DNA of 64,000 nucleotides from Octopus sinensis (taxonomy: Eukaryota). A model generated the notes under the pieces. It was not told the DNA's origin. It saw only the letters and a list, made by a program, of their open reading frames with translations, and did not search any database. Of the stretch, positions 53,669 to 64,000 are shown in pieces. The stretch lies in assembly GCF_006345805.1 (NCBI RefSeq), contig NC_043011.1, forward strand, positions 13,528,464 to 13,592,463, read 5' to 3'. A program made the translations under genes and the position numbers. Every line of letters starts with the position of its first letter. Within the stretch, counting starts at the first letter, position 1.

Positions 53669-55155
53669 TACTATAACAAAACATTGTAATACTGTAACAA
53701 AATCTTCCATAACATTGCTTATTTCGCCTCTTAATTGTTGTTATGGAAAGTAAAGAAAAACCTCTCAATCTGAAGGTTCATAGTCAATCTTAAGTGACCC
53801 GTTGTCAGTCTTAGTCCATAAAACCCTCGTCACAACTGGCAACATTAACAACAATTGTGAATAAACAAACTTCTATTTTTTTATGCTTTAGGTTCAGCAT
53901 CAGTTTCATAATAAATTCCTTCTCCGTGATATCGTAAAGATGAATTCTGCTTAAGAATCTAATGATGTCAAAAGAGGCTATCTTCGCTTCGTTTCCAACA
54001 GCTTCCGTTTTTGTTTATCAATTGTTGCCCCACAAACAAACCTAATTTCCTAATCTTTCCATCGTAAGTCCAAGCATCAGTTCTACTAGATTTATGCACG
54101 GACATTCAAAGACCCGGTTTCCATATGTTGGATTAGGACTCAATTTCCACTTGTCGAATCCATCCTTAGAAGTAAAATTTCAGTGACTTCTGCTCAGAAA
54201 CAGTCTGTAACAAAAGCAGTAAGGAGCTTCCTTATAAAGATCATCCACCTTATAAGGTCATTCCTTATAAAGATCATCCACTATCTCAACACTCCCCGAA
54301 ATCTACCAAACGGTAGAATTTTAAAATCTTCTGGCGTGTCAGAAATTTTCTAGTTCGTATTATCGTTGATGCGCCTTGAGACACCTTCAACCGAAATCAG
54401 GATTTAGATGTTCAACCACAGACAAATATTGACGAACCAGTAAAATCCAGAAGTCATCGTTAAAATTGCATGGTGGTCGTTGGTCAAAATTGTTTAAACT
54501 GACAATCGGAAAGTTTCTTTGCCACGCTGTTTATCGCATGAAGCAGGTAATTTTTTTAAAGTTGAAAAATCACTTATATTTGATGATGATTCGGGTTTGG
54601 AAACTCTCTCCAGTTTCTATTTTGTAAAGGCAGAAACATCTTTAGTTCTCTTCGTCGGTTGATAAAGTGATAAAATAGTTATTTTCTTTATAATTTCTTG
54701 AATAGCTTTCTGTTGTTGGTTTTTAACATAGTAATAAAAAAAAATAATAATAAACGGGGTCAGTTAAGGAATGAGAAATCAAAAGGCTTTAAGTTGCTGA
54801 AAATTTTAAGATAGGTTTGAATCCTCAGTCACGAATCAAATAAGTAAAGAATGACAAGGAATAATAAATCCCTTGCATAAGAACAATAAAATATTAGTTT
54901 ATAGAGACGATATATACTTTGTACATCTTATTCTTCTAAAGTAGCGATAATGCGCGCGCACACACACACACACTCACACCCACCCACATACACATACATA
55001 CATGCCTACCTACCTAGATACCGACCTACCTAACAACATACCTACACACATACATACGTATCTATCTATTTCTCTCTCTCCTTTCTCTTTCTCTTTCTCT
55101 TTCTCTCTCTCTCTTTCTATACACACACACACATCCACCCACACACACATCCACC

Positions 55156-55189
<34 letters not shown>

Positions 55190-55399
55190 CATATATAATA
55201 TTTTACTTGTTTCAGTCATTTGACAGCAGCCATGCTATATATATATATATATTAGAAGAAATGAGGTAATCAGAAGATCGGATGGTTCATATTTATAGAT
55301 ATTTATTTATATATTACATTTTTTACATATATATATCATATCATTCAGATCATATCATTCAGATTATTAGCGCTTTCTCCCATTCCAGTTGGGTTTTCT

Positions 55400-58300
55400 G
55401 GAAACAACATGCAGATGCAAGTGCTACCAGTTGCAAGCACCGCCTACCGAATGCTAGGAAGCTTATGGGGTCGTCAGGAAAAATGAGCGCTGTTTTGGGG
55501 CCTTCCTCTCGAGGGAATTATTGCGCTCGGCCCCCGTCACTGGTTACTGGCTTTATTCAATATTCCAGCCGTTGCTCATCATCTCTTTTTAATCAAATCC
55601 AGTGGCCTACTTTCTCCACTGTAGCCAGGATATCACTTATGATGGTATCTGCTTCACGACGAGTTAGGTCTCAATGAATCCTCTACATCCAGCATCGATT
55701 AGATAATGCTCTGCGGTTCAGCCTACATTTTCACATTCCTCGAGGAGGTGTTTATAACGATCGATCTTTCGAGTCCAAGCGGCGTTCATGTGACGTAATA
55801 GCACTGCTAACACAGGTGAACACAGTATTGTCATATAAAAACGTTTAATATACTTTGTTGGATATGTTTGCATAACGAAATACGGTGTCCCTACAGGTCA
55901 TTAATCTTATCTTCATAAGGAACCGTTAACTCGACTAGTTTTATCACTTTCTTTTACTCATACCATATGATAAAATCTGATTCCTTCGTAACTGGAATGA
56001 GAAAGAATCCTTGGCACCCTGGTTAATATGCAACCACCTCTGAATAGCCGTTCCACCTTTCATCGTTTACAGGAAGTTTCTTCTGCAAACGGATTAGCTG
56101 TCCTGGACGCACGAAAGTAATGAAATCTCTGGTTGTTGTTTTTCTTTTGTGTGTGTGTGTGTGGGGGGGGGTGTTTTTGTAACTGTCAATGAGAGCAATT
56201 TGGTTCTTTGTTGCATTGGAGAGGACATTAAGGACCAGATTGTGTCTCCATGTATATCTGTCCAGTGCCAGTTGGAAATAATACGTTTCAGTGTTCCGAC
56301 TTTTCCGCGTCTCCATATATCATTTTCTGATGCGTTCCATCTTACTAGGTTTGTAGGCGAATGCAAGGCATCGTAGGATGAATGAATCAGAAAACTCAGA
56401 CCTGATATACTCCATTTCCATATTTCATTCCAACTTACTTTTCTCTCAACAACGTGTTCCTCCTATTTTGTCATCTGTCCTCGTTGAAAGCATTGAGTCA
56501 AACGAAACTCTTCTCTCTCTGTTTCCCTTGCCTTGACACTGGAACTAATAACAATTCTGCGTTCGCTCTGCATCATACTTGGAAACAGCCTGAACCGATC
56601 AATTTGCGTATCACCAAGTATATTTCAGTGTGCAAGTGATGACAGGATGTCATCAGTTTCTGCTTTTGCTTTCCACTTCCTGGCTGTTTTTTTTTTTTTT
56701 TACATCTGATGGATTATGCCTGATTTCTATATTCTTTGACTCCCTTAGCATCATCACTGTTCGTACCTTCCCTACTTTATAAATTTCGACGATTAACACC
56801 AGCGGTTATTGTAACAAACCTTTTTTTTTTACGATAAAGACCTGAGCTGTTCAATATCCGAGGTAGCCCTAGCCACTTTCTAATGAACACATGGTACTTT
56901 TGCTCAGTAATTTGAACCCGTGACAGTGCCACCTCATATATATGGTTACGAAAGGCACATATGTAAGCCGAGCTGCAGACACCATATTTTATACTTCCCT
57001 GATAGCTTTGAACTATCAAATTCTGTTAGTCCAACCTCGGCTTGTTTCATAATCTGCATCTTGCGATTCTTATCTAACAATGCTCCAGCGTATACACATC
57101 CCAAGCTCTGAACAGGTGATTCTTTGACTGTTAGAATGCTTTCGCCTGCAATTTTAAATTTTACTTCTTTCTGCACTTCTCTAATAAATGTCAGACTGCG
57201 CGACGTTTTTGTCCTCAATCGCGTACTTGATTACTTTATCAGCTCAACTAGCTTTGAGAGGTCATCTACATGATCTGCTTGACTATCGACAGAAGTGTCA
57301 GTTCATCCATGGAGACCTTCTTAGGTGATTGCATATGGGCCATCTGTTCCGAAAAATCTGTCGTTTTCAAAATCACCTCTATAACTAGGAAAAACCCACG
57401 TGACAGATATTGGGCAGCCAACAGCAATGTCAATCTCCAGGCGGTGCCAATCTGTTGTCAAGTTACCAGATGTAAAATCTCATCTCGATACTGTCAAATC
57501 GTCATTAATTTTGTCACATTCTTCGGAATATGGAAGTGGTCCATGGCACTCATCACCAATTCTTGTGGCACTGAGCCATATGCATTAGCTAGATCAAACC
57601 ATATCACAGTCAGACTTGTTCTGTTTGGCATCCTGGATCGCTTTTCAAATCAAAAAAGAATGCTCAACGCATTCAGGGATTCCAGCCTTTTTAACAGATT
57701 CATCCACATATCCATTGCTTTGAAGGTATGCGAGCTGGCAGAATCGTTAGCATGCCGGGCAAAATGCGTAGCCGTATTTCGTCTGCCGTTACGTTCTGAG
57801 TTCAAATTCCGCCGAGGTCGACTTTGCCTTTCATCCTTTCGGGGTCGATAAATTAAGTTCCAGTTACGCACTGGGGTCGATGTAACCGACTTAATCCGTT
57901 TGTCTGTCCTTGTTTGTCCCCTCTGTGTTTAGCCCCTTGTGGGTAGTAAAGAAATAGGTATGCCACTGTTCTTGTTGAGGTAATGCCCATAAAAATCTTG
58001 CCATTCAATAAGGATATCAGTCTAAACTATTTTATAGTCTCTACATTGACTTCCTTTGACAGGTATATGCTTTCTACCTTACACCAATCCCCCACTTGAG
58101 CCTCCTTGTGCCAAAGCTGTCAGAGCAGGACGAAAAGATTCTTTCGTTGATGATTGCAGTACTTATATATCTTATATGAGATGCCTTCACCTTCTGGGAC
58201 ACTATTTGCTTTAACTTTTCTTACAAACTCATTCACTTCTTTCTCCCTGATTGTCTCCAATTTGAAATTCGACACCAAGTTCTAAGAGATGCTTCAGTCC

Positions 58301-59490
58301 ATTTATAGATGGTAGTGGCTGACTACGATTTGGATTGCTGTAGGTTCCTTTGGTATAAGTATCCAGTTCTCCTTTTGTACCCGATAAAGTGCCATCTTTA
58401 GGTCAGTGAACAGCTTCTTCGTAACCTGTACAGATTCTTAAGAAACTGTTCACGAGTCCCTTTGCTTTCTCTTCTTCGCTCATATCAGCAGATATTTCGT
58501 TGCACAAAGCGGCATTTGTTTTTAATCTTCGCACAGCAACGCGAAGTTAAGTTTTTCGTCTTCCTCCGCACATTGCTATCGCTTCTCACTTGTTTCATTT
58601 TCCTGTTCCTTCTGTCTGGTTCATTATTTCATTTTGCCAATTGGGTTCTATATTTTTTACTCTAAAGAGTTCAATTCACAAATTGTGTATTGAGCTTGTT
58701 AGCTTTCTCAGTTTCTCTACTCTGGATCCTGTCATTTTATATAAACCTTTACATACTTTGCTTCCAAATTGTTTATATTTTACTTTTTCATTAACAGAAA
58801 CCCTCAGAACCTTCGGGGTTTTGTGAGCACTGTCTGATGCAACAGTCTCATAACTTGTCTCCTGTTGGGAAGTTGTCTTTACTGTAGCATTTGTTGAGCC
58901 GCAGTGGTATGCGTCCAGGGAAGATTTGCCACGTGTTTTACAATCAGATGACCCACACTGCTCTGTCCACTTCCAACAAGTGTTTCTCTGATGTAGCTTT
59001 GAGCTTATCTCGGTAGCAAAGGTCCTACGTACACAGCTGGCATTCATAGTTCTTTGCAGTTTGTTTGTTCGATGTTCGAAAGAGTAGCCATATTCAGTTC
59101 CAAGTTTATTTCCGTATTGACCATTGGACTTGACTGATTCTCGACTCCCCACTGTCAATCATGAGGCCATCATTCACGTTGGTAGACGTTACAATAGATT
59201 ACAGAGCGAGGATTGTAAGTCCGTGGCCTCCGCCAGTCTTTCCTAGCGTCAATAGTCTTTCGTATTTTCAGCTCGTCTTTCCGAGTAGTCCTCTCGTCTT
59301 TTCAAGGTGTCTACCCGTCTTTCCGGTATGTCAGTAGTTACTACAAGTTCTTAAATTTTTTGTAAACAAATTGCAGATGCAAGATCTACAAGTTGAAAGC
59401 TTCGCATACCGCATGCTTGCAAGCTTATGGAGTCATCAGGAGAGAATGTACGCTTCTCGAAGGCAATATTGTGCACCGGCACCCCTCAGT
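55400..59490 (-). mobile_element. Decayed near-full-length Hero-like (R2-group, RLE-type) non-LTR retrotransposon
   Basis: RT remnant VIWFDLANAYGSVPQELVMSAMDHFHIP, CCHC-adjacent ALDRYTWRHNLVL, and N-terminal GSKVCKGL. Many stops and frameshifts. Confidence 0.72.
57730..57955 (+). mobile_element. SINE family A inserted in the Hero-like RT region
   Basis: Full consensus with TSD AGGTATGC. Confidence 0.9.
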
Positions 59491-60723
59491 GAGATGAGGC
59501 CTCGCTTGCTAAATTAACTGGATTGCTAGGTTTCACTCAACAATCTTCTAGTAAATTGCTCACAGTTTCTATAATATATATCCACTTAACATTAACAGAT
59601 CATTCCCACCTCTTCACTCTACATACACTACCAACACACCCGTTATTCTCTTCTCACTCTGCCCTTCATTATATATTCACAGGTTCGTATTGACATGTCG
59701 TGTTCAAGCCTAGACAAGACCTTGAAGGTGGCTGTCACCTTATGAAAAGTCACAGAGGTGGGAGATAAACTAACAGCGAATGTTGACGCATTACCAAGAG
59801 GGTTGAAATTAATTTTAATAGAGAAGTTATTTATACGAGGCTGTCTCGGGAAAGGTGTTAGACGCTTGAACATTTTCTTTTGTTATATGCATGTATGTAC
59901 TGGTCTCTGTGTGTGTACTGGCCTTTCTCTCTGTGCGTCTTTCTATGTGTGTGTGCGTGTATGTATGTGCATATGGATGCTCGTAAGAATAAGTGCAGAT
60001 TAGTGTGTACGTGTGTTCTGTTTTTATACACACACACGCACGCGCATACACACACACAAACACACACATACACAAACACAGAGTCCACTCTTGTATATAA
60101 TAAATTAGACTCTCATACAATCATTGAGTTATATATGCATGTACGTTGATGTAAGGATAGAATGTAGCCAAACAATATGTCCATAGTTTTCCGAAAGAGA
60201 CTCATAAATAGAAATAGCGAATCTGTCCCCTCTCTTCCTTTCAAACAGTATTGCTAATACTTAGATATCGATGAAAATTTGTCAAAGATGCTGTAAAAAT
60301 AAACGAGCGACCATAAACCAATTTTCAAAAAAATATGGCAGCTGGAGCTAAGTTCTTACTACCAGATAAATAGTACACAATGTTTTGTAGGATGTAGTTT
60401 GCTTAGCTGGACTATGGAGAAATTCTGTTCCTTTGATATTAAAATCTGAAAAATCCTGACATCAGCTGTAAGTTTCCACTGAAAGAGTGATAATGAAGTT
60501 CCCTAGAGGGAAAACATATAGAGGAAACAATTTAAGATCATTTCAGACAGTCTTGAAACTTCGGTAAATATCTGCTAAACATTAAATGGAAATCCCTTAA
60601 CCAAAAACTCAGATGTGAGGAGAGGGAGAAAGGAGTGAATTCTTGGAGGAGCTTTCAGCCCTCAAAATATTCCACAAGGCACTAGAACTGTTGGTGCAAC
60701 ATATTTCAAGAAAACTTGATATA

Positions 60724-61128
60724 GGTGCAGGAGTGGCTGTGTGGTAAGTAGCTTCCTTACCAACCACATGGTTCCGGGTTCAGTCCCACTGCGTGGCAGC
60801 TTCGGCAAGTGTCTTCTACTATATCCTCGGGCAGACCAAAGCCTTGTGAGTGGATTTGGTAGACGGAAACTGAAAGAAGCCCGTCGTATATATGTATGTA
60901 TATATGTATGTGTGTGTTTGTGTGTCTGCGTTTGTCCTCCCAACATCGCTTGACAACCGATGCTGGTGTGTTTACGTCCCCGTAACTTAGCGGTTCAGCA
61001 AAATAGACCGACAGAATAAGTACTGGGCTTCCAAAGAATAAGTACTGGAGGTCGATATGATTCGACTAAAGGTGGTGCTCCAGCATGGCCACAGTCAAAT
61101 GACTGAAACAAGTAAAAGCGTAAAGAGA
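60724..61128 (+). mobile_element. SINE family B, full length
   Basis: Family-B consensus. Confidence 0.9.
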
Positions 61129-61349
61129 GAGTATAGGAACAGTCTGCATGCGAACAAAAAGTTAGTGTATGTTTCCCGAAAACACAAGAATGGCACCAAT
61201 GTAGATAATTTCGTGGCTGTTGCATTGCCTCGCATTTTGAAGGTTATGCTTTTTCAGAACAAAAGCAGGAAATGACTACTAAACATGTGCTGAACATTAG
61301 AGACATCGAGATGAGATCAAAATATATATATCTGTGCTATTGTATTACT

Positions 61350-62060
61350 TATGCAATCTCCAGCATGCACTCAATGGGTTCGCTGACGACTGTTGCAAAG
61401 CAGGAGTAAGAATTAGTATTACTATGACTAAAACATTAGTCCTCTCAGGAAAGTCTTCTCAGTGCACTCTGCATGTTAGTGGAACATCAGAGAGCCAAGT
61501 GGATTTCAAGTAATTCCGAGCCATATTCACGAGTGATGTTTTGTTTTGTTTTGTTCCTTCTCGAGCCATGCCTGGCTCATAAGGGCCAGTGTCCTGGTTT
61601 CTTGGCGTATAGGTTCCCCACCTGGATGGGACGCCGGTCCATCGCAGGTGAGCTGCAAGATGCAGGAGGAAAGAGTGAGAGAAAGTTGTGGCAAAAGAGT
61701 CAGCAGAAGTTTCGTCATTACCTTCTGCCGGAGCCGCGTGGAGCTTAGGTGTTTCGCTCATAAACACACACATCGCCCGGTCTGAGATTCTAACCCGCGA
61801 TCCCTCGACCGCGAATCCGCTGCTCTAACCACTAGGCCATTTGCCTCCACTCATGAGTGATGGGAAACAGGAGACTGAATTGGATGCTAGAATTGCTAAT
61901 GCTAGTACAGTAATGCGCCAGCTCCAGCATTCGATCTTCAGAAAAGGCAAAACTAGGAAAGAAGCTGAACTTGTTATCTTCAATTTAGTTTTCGTGCCCA
62001 TCGTCATCTATGGTTATAAATATTAGGCAATGACCGAAAGATCACCCATGTTGTCTTCTA
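61350..62060 (+). mobile_element. RTE-clade LINE RT C-terminal fragment interrupted by SINE C
   Basis: QHALNGFADDCCKAGVRIS..FTSD[SINE]GKQETELDARIANASTVMRQL..FVPIVIYG..AMTER. Confidence 0.78.
61539..61851 (-). mobile_element. SINE family C
   Basis: Full consensus with TSD CA(C/T)GAGTGATG. Confidence 0.9.
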
Positions 62061-62641
62061 GACACTACCTTCGTATGCAAAATAGGTCATTGCTAAAACA
62101 ATGTGCAATCCCTTCCATAATAAGGACTGATTTGGAACAAACATTATATCTGATATGGAATACATTTATATATTCCAATACAAGGAACGTTGTGCAGGAC
62201 AGAAAACTAAAATGTTTGGACTGGTGTGAGGATTCTTTACCCAGTTGATGTAAATATTTCATTGAAAATTAGTGAGAAAAATAAGCATTTAAGATCAACT
62301 GCTCCAACCTACATATTCTTAGCCCAGATTATGCTTTTGCATTGGTGTCTATAAAATTATATATTCGACATGCATACAATATTACTAAGTATTCTATTAA
62401 AGGTTTAATAAAAAAAACTAGGGAAGCCTGAGATTTTTCAACCGAAGAAAGACAACATTTAACACGCATTCTTCAAATTCAATCAATAAGTGGAACAGTG
62501 AAAATACATAAGATCCTTAAAATTTGACATACAACTGTTAATTTGTTATGTAAGCGATGGATCATTGCGTTCTAGTTAAAAACCAATCCCTGTTATATGA
62601 AAATACCCCAGAGAATTACAAAAAGGAAATACACAACTATA

Positions 62642-63069
62642 GGCGTAGGAGTGGCTGTGTGGTAAGTAGCTTGCTTACCGACCACATGGTTCAGGGTTCA
62701 GTCCCACTACGTGGCACCTTGGGCAAGTGTCTTCTACTATAGCCTCGGGCCAACCAAAGCCTTGTGAGTGGATTTGGTAGACGGAAACTGAAAGAAGCCC
62801 GTCGTATATATATGTATATATATATATGTATATATATTTATATGTGTGTGTGCGTATGTGTTTGTGTGTCTGTGTTTGTCCTCCCAACATCGCTCGACAA
62901 CCGATGGTGGTGTGTTTGCGTCCCCGTAACTTAGCAGTTCGGCAAAAGAGACCGATAGAATAAGTACTAGGCTTCCAAAGAATAAGTCCTGGGGTCGATT
63001 TGCTCGACTAAAGGTGGTGCTCCAGCATGGTCACAGTCAAATGATAGAAACAAGTAAAAGAGTAAAGAG
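62642..63069 (+). mobile_element. SINE family B, full length
   Basis: Family-B consensus. Confidence 0.9.
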
Positions 63070-63608
63070 TAACTAGCAAACCTGCTTTTCAGGAGCATTC
63101 TATCGATGTCTTCATTTAGAAACCATTTTCGCCATCGACCACCTGAAGAAGAAAAGTTAAGGAATACTTTGCAAAGGTAATCACCAAGAAGGCTGTCGTG
63201 CCCACTATAACTCGTCGGAAGCGAGTCTGCAACCACGTGATTCGGTATATTAATTAGAACATTTTAATTGTTGCAATTAAGGAAGAACGAAACTGACATA
63301 TTGTCGATATTTTTGCTGACTCACATGTGATGCGTCATGTTTTTCTACAAGTAGCAAACGACCACAGGATATGTTTTATGTTTTTCTTAATTAAATTATA
63401 TTATTTTTGGTAAACAAATATTTGTAGGAAATTTATTACAATACGACGATGGTAAACAGGATATGGTTATTATTATGCTCAGCATGAAATTGCATAGCTT
63501 TAAATACGCAGACAGCTTTTTTCAAAAAACGATTAACAAATATCTTAATTGACAAATCAAACAGTAATTTAATTATGTCCATTATGTTTCATGCGACAAA
63601 AGTTGCCT

Positions 63609-63715
63609 CGGTTGTTGTTGTTGTTGTTGTTGTTGTTGTTCTTCTTCTTCTTCTTCTTCTTCTTCTTCTTCTTCTTCTTCTTCTTCTTCTTCTTCTTCTT
63701 CTTCTTCTTCTTCTT

Positions 63716-63745
<30 letters not shown>
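63609..63745. repeat. Compound (GTT)n(CTT)n microsatellite
   Basis: Read directly. Confidence 0.97.
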
Positions 63746-63746
<1 letters not shown>

Positions 63747-63749
63747 ATA

Positions 63750-63963
63750 AAGCGGCAAAATGGCAGATTCTTTGCACGCCGGGCAAAATCCTGAGCGGCA
63801 TTTGGTCCGTCTTTACGTTCCGAGTTCAAATTCAGCCTAGGTTGACTTTGCCTTTCATCAAATTCGGGGGTCGATAAAAAAGAGTGCCAGTTGAGCACTG
63901 GGGTTGACGTAATCGACTTAGCCCGCCATCCCAAAATTGCTGGCCTTGTGCCAAAATTTTAAA
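63750..63963 (+). mobile_element. SINE family A, diverged
   Basis: A/B boxes, gactttgcctttcatc core and ttgctggccttgtgccaaaattt tail. Confidence 0.8.
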
Positions 63964-64000
63964 TCATCATCACCACCACCACCATCACCATCATCTTCAT

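Noticed and set aside
53780-54480. Possible Penelope RT remnant (ASFDI) on the minus strand
   Set aside because: One short motif among many stops is too weak to call.

Overview
AT-rich, microsatellite-saturated animal genomic DNA, very probably octopus (inferred from recurring cephalopod-type tRNA-derived SINE families). I could not support any host protein-coding exon, rRNA, tRNA or CRISPR array. Most ORFs in the track are translations of (TA)n, (TG)n, (TCTA)n or trinucleotide repeats. The window is a nested collection of decayed mobile elements: RLE-type LINEs (one R4/Dong-like, one Hero-like), four RTE fragments, a CR1/Jockey-type LINE, a Penelope-like element with a GIY-YIG endonuclease, a Helitron, and pogo, mariner, Chapaev3 and hAT-like transposase relics. 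There are also four SINE families and six copies of a ~0.4 kb MITE with 8-bp TSDs that carries TTAGGG repeats. The signal not explained by the ORF track is a set of minimal hammerhead-ribozyme motifs. Two have intact catalytic cores (7745-7787 and 22927-23003, both minus strand), four belong to short dispersed repeats (one sits at the 3' end of the Penelope-like element), and several are decayed. They co-occur with long inverted duplications and a 708-bp near-identical tandem array, consistent with Penelope pLTR/retrozyme-like non-autonomous elements. All family assignments come from recalled motifs, not database searches, and many boundaries are approximate.
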